A DNA stretch of 64,000 nt from an uncultured Clostridia bacterium (GCA_963532875.1 CAUSLO010000002.1:1377-65376), one strand, 5' to 3'; numbered from the stretch's first letter, positions 30,467 to 40,700 are shown. Numbers and translations are program-made. The notes: generated by a model from the sequence alone, not told the origin.

Positions 30467-31447
30467 TCATTCTCCTTCGTACATATTATTGTTTGTCGCT
30501 TTTAATACTCTATTCATAATGGACTCTTCAATCCCATTACCTTTAAGCCTTTGCACTATTATATACTCATACTTTTTTTCTGCATAGCGTAAGGCAGAAT
30601 ATATATTTCTCATATAGTCTTTTGCATCTTCTCCTAATGAATATGTATTTGCATCTTCACATTTATAAAGAAATTCTTTTAAACCCAAAATAACTGCATT
30701 CTTGTTTTTAGCATACACTGCCATGGCATCTTTCGGAGTCGCTACGAGTATTGAATCAACATTAGGTGAATAGTGCTTATATTTCATTCCAGGTGCTTTG
30801 GCAACTTTAACTTTTCCTTTGAAATCTTTAACATGCCCCAATACACTTTCAATCATTTCTTTTGTTACTGCCCCAGGCCTAAGTATTGTTGGTATATCTG
30901 AAGTTAAATCTAGAATTGTTGACTCAATTCCGCATGTGCATTCTCCACCATCTAGTATGTATTTGATTTTTCCATTTAAATCATCTAATACGTGTTTTGC
31001 TGTAGTTGGTGAAATGTGTTTTGAAACATTGGCAGATGGTGCTGCGATTGGGTTTGAATACTTAATTAATTTACGTGCAATATCATTGTTTGGCATTCGT
31101 ATTCCTACGGTATTACCATTTGCAGTTACCATATCTGGAATGTTTGCATTTTTCTTTAAAACTAATGTTAAAGGACCAGGCATATATCGTTCAGCAAGTT
31201 CGTATGCAAGTTTTGGAATTTCTGTTGCTACTTTCTCTATTTCTTCTAAATTACTAATATGCACTATTAATGGATTATCTTGTGGTCTGCCTTTTGCTAT
31301 AAAGATTTTCTTTACAGCATTTTCATTAAATGCATCAGCACCCAATCCATATACTGTTTCTGTTGGGAATCCTACTAATTCTCCATTTTTGATCTCTTCT
31401 GAACAAATTAAGATATTTTCTTCAGTCGGCTGTATAATTTGTGTCAT
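30467..31447 (-). CDS. tsaC: L-threonylcarbamoyladenylate synthase (Sua5/YwlC long form)
   Basis: FPTETVYGLGAD motif plus a Sua5 C-terminal domain, 326 aa. Confidence 0.9.
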   Translation of the reverse strand: MTQIIQPTEENILICSEEIKNGELVGFPTETVYGLGADAFNENAVKKIFIAKGRPQDNPLIVHISNLEEIEKVATEIPKLAYELAERYMPGPLTLVLKKNANIPDMVTANGNTVGIRMPNNDIARKLIKYSNPIAAPSANVSKHISPTTAKHVLDDLNGKIKYILDGGECTCGIESTILDLTSDIPTILRPGAVTKEMIESVLGHVKDFKGKVKVAKAPGMKYKHYSPNVDSILVATPKDAMAVYAKNKNAVILGLKEFLYKCEDANTYSLGEDAKDYMRNIYSALRYAEKKYEYIIVQRLKGNGIEESIMNRVLKATNNNMYEGE

Positions 31448-33261
31448 CTCACCTCATGTAAAATATATACGACCTTGTTATCTCCCTGTGCTACATATTC
31501 AAAAACAAAAACTTTATTAGGATTTGTGAGAAGTCTATATAGGATTGTTCCTCTATCAAATGTTGCTTCTCTAACTACACTTTCCTTTTCATTTTGAATT
31601 AGACGTTTTACGCCATATTTCCCATCCTTACTATACATATATATGTTTTGCTCATATATTTTTTGATTATTACTGGTTTTAGCAACATCGTGCAAAATAT
31701 CATTTTCTGTATCACGATGTTTAAATTCAATTATTCCTTGTTTAGACATTAATGCATACTTGTCCCCAACTTTCGGTTTAACAAGTGCAAAGTCTCCCCT
31801 AAACATTTCAATTTCCTTTATATTCTGATACTGATCTTTGAATCCATCAAAAACTTTTCGACCTCCGTATGTAAAAACTACATATTTAATTTCGTCTGAT
31901 CCTTCTTCGTGTGCTCTACAAACTATCATTCCGTTATTAGCAATTGCGCTTACATATACGTATTCTTTATTTTCAAAAATGAGTTTCCCTTTTTTATTCA
32001 TGACTCTTAAATAATATGGCTGGGTTGGTACGTATATAATGTCATCAACACAATCTAACAATAGGTCGTTCAAAGTACCCTCTGCCGATTTTTGAATAAA
32101 GTCCAACTTCAATCCTTTATCGCCAGTTAAACTCAATACAATTTCAAACTTATAGTTAATGACGATTTGATCTACTGTTGGGGCTTTTGGATTGCTTGCG
32201 TTAATTACCATTTTGCAGAAACTATATCCGTCCTTTAAGGCACGGCTAACATCTACGCCTTCTAAGTTATATGTGTACTTGTTGTATATTTGTCCGTAGA
32301 AATATTTTGTTGAGTTATCTTTTACGCTGTTCGTATTTGCATCATAAAAGAATGAACTCATTTGCCTATATTTGTTCTCTTTTAAAACAATGTTGTGTTT
32401 ATCTTTTGTGCCCTCATATGAATATTCAATATAGAATTGACCAAGCCCTAAATATGACAATTTCTGTTCATAGTCTTTATTTGAAGCACCCTTCATATAT
32501 TTTACTAGTTCTTTGTTTAGTATAAAGTTCCAAATCGTATGTCCTTTGACTTCCTTTTTTTCGGTTTCCTTAACAATTGCATACTGATTATCAACAATGC
32601 TTACATTATTCACTACATTGCTAGGATTTGCGATTTTACCTATAAGGCGACCTCTACTTGAAACATCTCCTGTTGTACTTGGAGCGAACATTTTCGCCTC
32701 ATTATCTTTTGCATTTTTTAAATAAGCACTTGAAACAACGAAAGTGTTAGTGTCTGCAATTTTGATTATATCTTCTAAACTCTTCTTGCTATTGCTTATT
32801 GCGTCTTGATCAAAATGGGCTTTGCTTAATACAACTTGGCCTTTCATGTTATACACCGAAACAAGTTTATCTTCTCCTAATATTGCAATATATCCATGCT
32901 TTACAAAAACTTTTTTAGGTCTTAAATCTTCATCTAAAATTAATTTATTGGGTTCTTTTGCAGAAACTACATTCAACACATTCTCACTAACTACTGTATT
33001 TGTTGCACTATTTGTTACCCTAACTTTTTCTAATATAAAGACATCCTCTTTTTCTATATATCCACTCTGCCCATCATCACTTTCATATATTTTGTAATTG
33101 TCTGGAAGACTCGTTATTGTTGCTAATTTATTGAATTCTTTTGAACTTGTTCTTGCATGAAATATATCTGAAACATTTTTAGGTTTTTTGTTACAACCTA
33201 ATAGTGTTAATGAAAATACTAATATAACTAAAGCAAATACTAATCTACGAAAAGTTTTCAT
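31444..33261 (-). CDS. 605-aa lipoprotein of unknown function
   Basis: Lipobox FSLTLLG-C. The start overlaps the recO stop (TAATG) and the stop overlaps the tsaC start (ATGA). Recurrent short motifs such as DGKYGVKRL and GDKYALMSKQGIIEF are present. Confidence 0.75.
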   Translation of the reverse strand: MKTFRRLVFALVILVFSLTLLGCNKKPKNVSDIFHARTSSKEFNKLATITSLPDNYKIYESDDGQSGYIEKEDVFILEKVRVTNSATNTVVSENVLNVVSAKEPNKLILDEDLRPKKVFVKHGYIAILGEDKLVSVYNMKGQVVLSKAHFDQDAISNSKKSLEDIIKIADTNTFVVSSAYLKNAKDNEAKMFAPSTTGDVSSRGRLIGKIANPSNVVNNVSIVDNQYAIVKETEKKEVKGHTIWNFILNKELVKYMKGASNKDYEQKLSYLGLGQFYIEYSYEGTKDKHNIVLKENKYRQMSSFFYDANTNSVKDNSTKYFYGQIYNKYTYNLEGVDVSRALKDGYSFCKMVINASNPKAPTVDQIVINYKFEIVLSLTGDKGLKLDFIQKSAEGTLNDLLLDCVDDIIYVPTQPYYLRVMNKKGKLIFENKEYVYVSAIANNGMIVCRAHEEGSDEIKYVVFTYGGRKVFDGFKDQYQNIKEIEMFRGDFALVKPKVGDKYALMSKQGIIEFKHRDTENDILHDVAKTSNNQKIYEQNIYMYSKDGKYGVKRLIQNEKESVVREATFDRGTILYRLLTNPNKVFVFEYVAQGDNKVVYILHEVR

Positions 33262-33947
33262 TATTTATCCCTATACTTGTTTTTATAAAATTTCATTCCG
33301 ATATAATGATATATTATTTCTTCTAATAATAATATACCTTGCCTTTTTACTTGAGCATCGGCTTCTTCGCCTAATAAGTACTTTTTTATTTTATCTGCAA
33401 TCACTATTGTTTGACTTGAATTGGCACAATTCTCGCATACAATACCACTATCAATATCGTATCCAATTATTTCAGTATTTTTACCACAACATGAACATTT
33501 GATAAAACTATTGTCAAAACCATTCCTTTTTAGAACACATAAAAGGAAATCTCGTTGTGCATCAAGAGGGTCAATATCGCTATATGTAAGTTTGACCAAT
33601 ATGTCAATTACATCGTCAAACAGCCCTACTTCGCTACTTTTTTGGTTAATTTTGGCAAAGTTTTCTAAAATATAGCATCCTATATAGTACTTTTCTACAT
33701 CTTCAGTTAACTGTGTAAAGCCTTCAATTTGTATACACTCTTTTATGGTATTTGAACGTCCGCACAACATATATTTCCCAACATTGAAAATTGATGCAGC
33801 ATATTTCAATTTTGCGTCATGCTTCTTTACTGATTTAGCAGTTGCTAATATATTCCCTTCTCCTCTAGTTAAGAGTCGTACTATAGCATCATTATCTTTA
33901 TATGTTATTGAATTTCCAACAATTGCTACTGTTTTAATTTCTTCCAT
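33261..33947 (-). CDS. recO: DNA repair protein RecO
   Basis: 228 aa in the era-recO order, with an N-terminal OB-like region and a Zn finger CSCCG...CENC. Confidence 0.85.
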   Translation of the reverse strand: MEEIKTVAIVGNSITYKDNDAIVRLLTRGEGNILATAKSVKKHDAKLKYAASIFNVGKYMLCGRSNTIKECIQIEGFTQLTEDVEKYYIGCYILENFAKINQKSSEVGLFDDVIDILVKLTYSDIDPLDAQRDFLLCVLKRNGFDNSFIKCSCCGKNTEIIGYDIDSGIVCENCANSSQTIVIADKIKKYLLGEEADAQVKRQGILLLEEIIYHYIGMKFYKNKYRDK

Positions 33948-34843
33948 CAGTCATTTAAATCCTTAATGTTGTAATTTAACTCTTTTAGCATAAATGCGTT
34001 GTCTCTCCAGTTCTCCTTAATCTTGACGTACAGCGTTAAGAAAACTTTTTTATCTACAAGTTTTTCAATATCCTTCCTTGCTTGGGTTGCTATTTCTTTT
34101 AGCATTAATCCACCTTTCCCAATGATCATGCTTTTGTGCGATTTTCTCTCGCAAATGATATCAATATTAATGTCATACATATCTTTCTTTTTGTTGTATT
34201 CAAAAGTGTTTATCTCAACACCGATACCATATGGCAACTCTTTATTTAACAAATACAATGCTTTTTCACGGATGATTTCTGTAACCATAAAACGTATTGA
34301 ACTATCTGTATACATATCGTCTGGATATATCTTTTCTTCTTCATTGAGGAAAGGGATTAACAGTTCTAACAATCTATCTATATTCTCTTTTTTCTTAGCT
34401 GAGATTGGCACTACTCCATTAACATTTTGATATTGATTCAGTTGTTCTAGAATTTTAAATAGTGTCTCTTTCGTTATTGAGTCAATTTTATTCACACAAA
34501 CTAGCATCGGCGTTTTATTATCATGGTTTCCTATGAATGTTTTATCTTGTTCTTGCAACCCTTTAGTTCCATCAATTATGTATACAACGCCTTCCACATC
34601 TGTCATTCCTTTGTTCACAGATGTCATCATATATTCCCCAAGTTTGTTGTGTGGTTTAAAAATTCCAGGTGTATCAATTAATGCAATCTGATACTCTGGG
34701 CGATTGATTATCCCTATTACTTTATTCCTTGTTGTCTGAGGTCTATACGAAACAATTGAAACCTTTTCACCTACAAGTGCATTTACTAAAGTTGATTTGC
34801 CTGCATTTGCTGGACCTACTATACAAATGTATCCGAATTTCAT
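33947..34843 (-). CDS. era: GTPase Era
   Basis: G1 motif GPANAGKST, a DTPG motif, and a C-terminal KH domain (KSMIIGKGG). Confidence 0.95.
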   Translation of the reverse strand: MKFGYICIVGPANAGKSTLVNALVGEKVSIVSYRPQTTRNKVIGIINRPEYQIALIDTPGIFKPHNKLGEYMMTSVNKGMTDVEGVVYIIDGTKGLQEQDKTFIGNHDNKTPMLVCVNKIDSITKETLFKILEQLNQYQNVNGVVPISAKKKENIDRLLELLIPFLNEEEKIYPDDMYTDSSIRFMVTEIIREKALYLLNKELPYGIGVEINTFEYNKKKDMYDINIDIICERKSHKSMIIGKGGLMLKEIATQARKDIEKLVDKKVFLTLYVKIKENWRDNAFMLKELNYNIKDLND

Positions 34844-35310
34844 TATCTCTTTAACCCTACTTTATTCATTATTTCATCTTGAATTTTAAACATAACTTTC
34901 ATGTCTTCTTCCTCTATATGATCATATCCTAATAGATGCAAGAGACTATGACAAAATAGAAAACCTAATTCTCTTTCTATGCTATGTCCATATTCTTCCG
35001 CTTGTCTTTTTGCTACTTCTTCACAAATTAACACACTACCTAATGGCACTTTTCTTCCGTTAAAATCATATGGCTGAAAGTCTTTTTTTTGTTTTGGCAA
35101 GTCTATCTTTTCAAATGACGGCATACTCAAAACATCTGTTACTTTGTCGATATTCCTAAGTGCCTTATTTTGTTCTTGAATCGTTCTTTCATCGACTATA
35201 CTTAAATCTATTTCAAAAAAATTCCTCTGTTTGTGAAAGTTAAAAATTTCTTTTTCAATCTTCTGAAATATTTTTTTAAGTTTTTTATCTAAAGTATCTG
35301 ATATGATCAT
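34843..35310 (-). CDS. ybeY: rRNA maturation endoribonuclease YbeY
   Basis: HSLLHLLGYDH metal-binding motif, 155 aa. Confidence 0.9.
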   Translation of the reverse strand: MIISDTLDKKLKKIFQKIEKEIFNFHKQRNFFEIDLSIVDERTIQEQNKALRNIDKVTDVLSMPSFEKIDLPKQKKDFQPYDFNGRKVPLGSVLICEEVAKRQAEEYGHSIERELGFLFCHSLLHLLGYDHIEEEDMKVMFKIQDEIMNKVGLKR

Positions 35311-36788
35311 TATCTTTTAACCGCATATGATATTCTCTTATGAATAATGCTAGGTATGATATCAAAGATTGTTTTCTTAATGATATTTAATTCTCCAAGA
35401 GTTATTGGCGATTCATCAAATTGTCCCAAGTCTATTTTGGCTTGTACTAGTGAATCAATTTTTTCTTTTATTTCATTTTGAGACTTTGGTTCAAATGATC
35501 TGAAAGTTGCCTCTATTGTATCTGCGATCATAATGATTACGCTAATCTTTGTTTGTGGCAAAGTTCCAGTATATCTGTATTTATCTTTAGAAAGTTCTTT
35601 ATCTTCTGTTAAGTTATTTGCAACATTATAGAAATATCCTACTGGCGTTGTTCCGTGATGTTCAACACATATGTTTGCAATCTCTTTAGGTAACCTATTT
35701 TTTTCAGCAAGCATCTTTCCAAAAACTGTATGTGCTGTGATTATATTTGCACTAACTTCTGGAATTAAGTCATCATGCGGATTTTTATCCGTTTGGTTCT
35801 CTGTGAAGAACAATGGGGCTTTCAATTTACCAATGTCGTGATAGTATGCTGCACAACGTGCCATAGAACCACTCTCTCCTATTGCTATTGCACAGTATTC
35901 AGCAATTGTTCCTACCGCCAATGAATGGTTGAAAGTACCTGGAGCTTCGTTTGCAAGTCTCTTTAAAAGGTCATTGTTTAGATTACACAATTCTCTCAAC
36001 CTGAAATCGTTTGTGAGGTTCAACATCAGTTCTAGTAAGGCACTGATTGGAGACATTAATAAAATCCCGCCTATATTTAAAGAGAATCCCCACAATATGT
36101 TGAAAGCAATTTCTTTGCCAGTTGCTGCTGTTAGCAATGAAGCGAATACTATAAACACAACTGAAATAAATGAAATCAATAACGATTTGAGAAGGAAGAC
36201 TCCTCTATTCAAGTCAACTGAAGCAAAATTCAAAACTATTAATGCTGTACCTACGTTTGCTAATACTGGTAATATAACGCCTAAATTTTTTGTCGTAGCA
36301 TAATGAATAATTAAAATTGCTGCTAATGAAATTGTGTTTATAAATGCCAATCTCTTTGTCATTAAAACATACACTGTTAGAGTTAGAAAAATTAATGGTA
36401 TTGCAAAAGCGTTTTTAGTAGTTAGGAATGCTGAAACTATAAACACCGCGACTATCATGAAAATAAGTAAAAGGTTATTAACCACTCTATCTCTAAATAT
36501 CTTTATCTGTTTATATGAGAGTAAGAAATTCAAAATATATATTGAGAAGTAAATAACTATCTTCCCAAATAATTGTGGCAGTTTTTCCTTAGTAAACTCT
36601 TTAAAAATCGTAGTATCAGTTGATGTCTGAGCACTTACTATTATTATCAAAAATATAGATACAAATATAGGTGCTAAACAAATTCCAAGGACAGTGAAAA
36701 ATTGTTTCAAATTGCTTGTATATGCCTTTTTGATTGTTTTGCTATTTAATGGTCTAACTTTATTTTCTTTCTTTTGGTTTTGATCCAT
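35310..36788 (-). CDS. pgpH: 7TM-HD phosphohydrolase (PgpH/YqfF type), lacking the long extracellular N-terminal domain
   Basis: A multi-TM block followed by an HD domain (YYHDIGK ... EHHGT). Canonical position upstream of ybeY. At 492 aa it is shorter than typical family members. Confidence 0.8.
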   Translation of the reverse strand: MDQNQKKENKVRPLNSKTIKKAYTSNLKQFFTVLGICLAPIFVSIFLIIIVSAQTSTDTTIFKEFTKEKLPQLFGKIVIYFSIYILNFLLSYKQIKIFRDRVVNNLLLIFMIVAVFIVSAFLTTKNAFAIPLIFLTLTVYVLMTKRLAFINTISLAAILIIHYATTKNLGVILPVLANVGTALIVLNFASVDLNRGVFLLKSLLISFISVVFIVFASLLTAATGKEIAFNILWGFSLNIGGILLMSPISALLELMLNLTNDFRLRELCNLNNDLLKRLANEAPGTFNHSLAVGTIAEYCAIAIGESGSMARCAAYYHDIGKLKAPLFFTENQTDKNPHDDLIPEVSANIITAHTVFGKMLAEKNRLPKEIANICVEHHGTTPVGYFYNVANNLTEDKELSKDKYRYTGTLPQTKISVIIMIADTIEATFRSFEPKSQNEIKEKIDSLVQAKIDLGQFDESPITLGELNIIKKTIFDIIPSIIHKRISYAVKR

Positions 36789-38242
36789 TAATATTCTAAA
36801 TCTCCATTACTCGTGTCGTTGTCTTCTTTGTTATCAACATTGAAGTCGCTATTCTCTTCCTTTATTAATGTGCTAGGTTGTATCTCTGCTGTAGCGAGTC
36901 CTTCACTAAACGCTGTCAAATTACCATTCCAAATCATGTCAATGTCTTTTTGCTGACCATTTCTGTTCTTCTTGACTTGCAATATGATTTGCGACTCATG
37001 TGCCGTCTCGTCATATTGTGATGGCTTATAAATAAACATTACAACGTCAGCATCTTGCTCTATTGCACCAGAGTCTCTCAAGTCGCTCAATCTATGAGAA
37101 TGGTCTTTAATCCCACGTGCATCAGAGGCTCTTGAAACTTGTGATAAGAGCAAAATAGGAACATCAAACTTTCTAGCCAACACCTTTAGTTTCCTTGTGA
37201 TATCACTTACTTCTTCGTTTTTAGATTTTGTCGACTTCTCCGAATTCATAAGTTGTAGATAGTCAATAACAATTAAATCTAGACCCACATCTCTTTTTAA
37301 TTTTTGACATTTTGTCTGTACATCAAGTGGCGTTAAAACTGCTGTATCATCAAAATATACTTTTTTAATTTTTTTATTATCTTCGGTTAAGCCGATATAG
37401 TTACGTTTAAAGTCTTTAATTAAATTAATCTGAGAAACTCCAAGTCCCTTTTCTTTACCCATTGCAGAAAGTGGCAATTCTAATGAATATGACAACATTC
37501 TTTTCATTAAAAGGCTTGCACTCATTTCAAGAGAAAACATTGCAACTACCTTGTCTTTATAATCTCTTACGATATTAGAAATTATATTTAACGCAAAAGC
37601 CGTTTTACCAACACTAGGACGCGCAGCAACTAAGATCAATTCGCCTTTATTTAAGCCCTTAATTGTGGCATCTAATCCGCTAAATCCTGTATTTATGCCT
37701 TTTTTATGTTCTCCTCTTTGATTGTCAATAATTTCTGTAAATGTTTGATTAAATACTGTTTCAGCATCAACCATACTCTTTGTATCGGTCTTCTCTGTTA
37801 ATTCGTTAATCTCTTTTATTGCTTCTTCAAGGCCTTCGTCGGCATCAGTTGCTGTGTTACCTATTGTAACCACCTTTTGACCTGCTTCAATCAAAGAACG
37901 CAACAAATATTTTTCTCTTACAATCTTATATCTATCTTCAATATTCTCTAATGTGGATGAAATTGAACATATGTCGTTTAAATAGTCATCTGTTAACTCA
38001 ACAGGTACTTTCCCTAACTTTTTGATACTATCTAACAGTAAAACATAGTCTGGCGTTTTGCCTATTGACAATAACCTTTTATACACAGTGAAAATTATTT
38101 GATGTGGTTTATAATAAAAATAATTAGGAGTTAATTTTGAGACAACTTCTCTAGTATCATCAGGGAAACCCAAAATATCTGAAAGTAGTAACTTTTCCGC
38201 CTGAATATCTACTGGGATTTGTGGTACATTTGTGTTTGCCAT
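36788..38242 (-). CDS. dnaB: replicative DNA helicase
   Basis: Walker A ARPSVGKTAFALNI and LIVIDYLQLM motifs, 484 aa, with an acidic C-terminal tail. Confidence 0.95.
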   Translation of the reverse strand: MANTNVPQIPVDIQAEKLLLSDILGFPDDTREVVSKLTPNYFYYKPHQIIFTVYKRLLSIGKTPDYVLLLDSIKKLGKVPVELTDDYLNDICSISSTLENIEDRYKIVREKYLLRSLIEAGQKVVTIGNTATDADEGLEEAIKEINELTEKTDTKSMVDAETVFNQTFTEIIDNQRGEHKKGINTGFSGLDATIKGLNKGELILVAARPSVGKTAFALNIISNIVRDYKDKVVAMFSLEMSASLLMKRMLSYSLELPLSAMGKEKGLGVSQINLIKDFKRNYIGLTEDNKKIKKVYFDDTAVLTPLDVQTKCQKLKRDVGLDLIVIDYLQLMNSEKSTKSKNEEVSDITRKLKVLARKFDVPILLLSQVSRASDARGIKDHSHRLSDLRDSGAIEQDADVVMFIYKPSQYDETAHESQIILQVKKNRNGQQKDIDMIWNGNLTAFSEGLATAEIQPSTLIKEENSDFNVDNKEDNDTSNGDLEY

Positions 38243-38301
38243 GTTTTAACTCCTTACAACTTTTAATTATATAATACAATATAATATAATTAACACTAAA
38301 T

Positions 38302-39024
38302 ATGGTTCAAAAATGTAAAAAAGAAATTTTAATATATACGCTCCTCGCATTCGTTTCGTTATGTTGTCTTATTTCGATAATTTACACAATATATTTGCCT
38401 TCTGTCTTTAAGACAGCACGAATATTTCTTCTTATGGCTGGAATTACATTGATATTCGTTGGTTTAATACTAATACTGACACGCCTATTATTACCTAACG
38501 AAAACACACGAAAATATCTTTTATATGCAAGTTTTGCGGTGATTATTGCGTCTTTAATCTTTGCTCTTGCATTTGCTATCCCATATACCAAATCAAAGCG
38601 TACTAGTCTTTATCTTCAAAATAAGAAAGGTTTAACCATTGAAAATACTAACTTTCACAACAAATACAATTACTACATTTACGCTCAAAAAGTAACTCAA
38701 GAAATACCAATACAAGATAGATTGATTATTAATAAATCACATACACATAAGAAAATTAAAGTTGTTAGGAAATCACCTACAGTTAAAGTTGGGAAAGAAC
38801 TTGTCCCACAAAATTTAAACACAATTACCCTACTAACTTATGAACGTTACGAGAATGAAAACAAATTTATATTTACGGATAACGTACTAGATATACAACA
38901 CACGCCTGAACCAAAAATCAATGGTATACATAAATTAATGCTACCTAGCATCTTCAGTCAACACAAAGAAAAAGGCGAAATTATTATACTTGTTCCACCT
39001 AATGTACAAGTTTCCTATATTTAA
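38302..39024 (+). CDS. membrane protein of unknown function (N-terminal TM helices plus a soluble C-terminal half)
   Basis: The first ~100 aa have a hydrophobic helix pattern. No SD. It is convergent with icd, with a 3-nt gap. Confidence 0.6.
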   Translation: MVQKCKKEILIYTLLAFVSLCCLISIIYTIYLPSVFKTARIFLLMAGITLIFVGLILILTRLLLPNENTRKYLLYASFAVIIASLIFALAFAIPYTKSKRTSLYLQNKKGLTIENTNFHNKYNYYIYAQKVTQEIPIQDRLIINKSHTHKKIKVVRKSPTVKVGKELVPQNLNTITLLTYERYENENKFIFTDNVLDIQHTPEPKINGIHKLMLPSIFSQHKEKGEIIILVPPNVQVSYI

Positions 39025-39027
39025 GAA

Positions 39028-40212
39028 TTAATTTAAATTATCCGCTATTTTATTTATAAACTCTTCTGAATCTAATTCGTGTATTTCAACCCCATCAAGG
39101 CTAAACATTCCTGCTAAGTCCTTTGTCATATAACCGCTTTCAATTGTCTTTATTGTTGATGATTCAAGTTTGTTTGCAAACTCTTCAAGTTTTTTGTTCC
39201 CATCTAATTCTGCACGTTTTTTCAACGCTCCACTCCAAGCAAATATTGTTGCTACAGAGTTTGTTGATGTACTTTCACCCTTTAGAAATTTTTGATAATG
39301 TCTCGTAACTGTACCGTGTGCTGCTTCATATTCAAATGCACCTTGTGGCGAGACTAAGACTGAAGTCATCATTGCTAACGATCCAAATGCTGTGGCAATC
39401 ATATCGCTCATGACATCCCCATCGTAATTTTTTAAAGCCCAAATGAATCCACCTTTAGATCTCATTACTCTCGCTACTGCATCATCAATTAGTGTGTAGA
39501 AGTATTCAATTCCTGCTACTTCAAATTTTTCTTTATATTCATCTTGATAAATGTTGTTAAAAATATCTTTAAATCTGTGGTCATATATCTTTGATATAGT
39601 GTCCTTTGTTGAAAACCATAAAGACTGCTTTTGACTTAGTGCAAACTCAAAACAACTTCTTGCAAAACTCTTGATGCTCTTATCAGTATTATGAATTGCT
39701 TGGACTATTCCCTTACCTTGGAACTTGAATATTACTTGCTCTTGATTGTCTGTTTTCAGTACGGCTGTCGTGTCTTCAGTTAAGAGTTCTACCCCCTTAT
39801 ACACATCTCCATACGCATGTCTTGCAACAATGATAGGTTTTTCCCATGTTGGAACAAGTGGTTTGATTCCTTTAACTATTACTGGGGCTCTGAAAACAGT
39901 TCCATCCATAATTGCACGAATTGTTGCGTTTGGACTTGCCCACATCTTCTTTAGATTGTATTCTTCAAGCCTTTGTTTGTTAGGTGTAATTGTTGCACAC
40001 TTAACCCCTACCTTGTACTTTAAAATTGCATTTGCAGCATCTGTTGTTACTTGGTCATTAGTTGTGTCTCTATTTTCTAGAGATAAGTCATAATATTCTG
40101 ACTTTAAATCAATAAAAGGGAAAATTAATTTTTCTTTTATCATACCCCATAGAACTCTTGTCATCTCATCGCCGTCAATCTCTACAATAGGGTTTTTCAT
40201 TTTTATTTTCAT
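39028..40212 (-). CDS. icd: NADP-dependent isocitrate dehydrogenase, eukaryote-like (type II homodimeric) subfamily
   Basis: IVEIDGDEMTRVLW...NDQVTTDAANAILKYKVGVKCATITP is colinear with the IDH1/2-like family. The ATG at 40212 follows AGAGG; the track start TTG 40272 overlaps rimI and is rejected. Confidence 0.9.
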   Translation of the reverse strand: MKIKMKNPIVEIDGDEMTRVLWGMIKEKLIFPFIDLKSEYYDLSLENRDTTNDQVTTDAANAILKYKVGVKCATITPNKQRLEEYNLKKMWASPNATIRAIMDGTVFRAPVIVKGIKPLVPTWEKPIIVARHAYGDVYKGVELLTEDTTAVLKTDNQEQVIFKFQGKGIVQAIHNTDKSIKSFARSCFEFALSQKQSLWFSTKDTISKIYDHRFKDIFNNIYQDEYKEKFEVAGIEYFYTLIDDAVARVMRSKGGFIWALKNYDGDVMSDMIATAFGSLAMMTSVLVSPQGAFEYEAAHGTVTRHYQKFLKGESTSTNSVATIFAWSGALKKRAELDGNKKLEEFANKLESSTIKTIESGYMTKDLAGMFSLDGVEIHELDSEEFINKIADNLN

Positions 40213-40247
40213 AGTGTCCTCTCTGAAAGTGATATCTATATTATAGC

Positions 40248-40700
40248 CTAATTTATGCTCAAAAACATGCAAATTGCGTCTTCACCATTTGGGTAGTATT
40301 TTCTACGCACCGTGTACTCTTTAAATCCTAGTTGCGTATATAGTGCCCTAGCACCTACATTTTTTTCTGAAACTTCAAGAAAAATTTTCTCAATACCACG
40401 TCCTTTCAACTCATTTAAAAGATATTCAAATAATTGGGTTGCTATCCCCTGTTCCCTAAAATCTCGTGCTACTGCTATTGACAACAGTTCAGTGTTATCA
40501 CTTACTTTAAAATTACAATGCAAAAAACCTACCAGTTTCTTTTCACACTTCGCAATCAAAAATATTTGGCTTAAGTCTGCAAATATATCATTTAAATTAT
40601 TTGTATTTATATATGGTTCTCTCAAGTCTTCTGCGTTAAGATTGATAACGCCTTGAATTGTTCCTGTATCGCTTTTAACAATTCTACTTATTTCTATCAT
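40248..40700 (-). CDS. rimI: GNAT acetyltransferase, RimI-type
   Basis: 150 aa with acetyl-CoA motif RDFREQGIATQL. Canonical tsaE-tsaB-rimI order. Confidence 0.8.
   Translation of the reverse strand: MIEISRIVKSDTGTIQGVINLNAEDLREPYINTNNLNDIFADLSQIFLIAKCEKKLVGFLHCNFKVSDNTELLSIAVARDFREQGIATQLFEYLLNELKGRGIEKIFLEVSEKNVGARALYTQLGFKEYTVRRKYYPNGEDAICMFLSIN

Noticed and set aside
40213-40272. Track-predicted 20-codon N-terminal extension of icd that overlaps rimI
   Set aside because: It starts at TTG with no SD. The conserved IDH N-terminus begins at the ATG at 40212, which is preceded by AGAGG. The extension is an artefact of taking the longest ORF.
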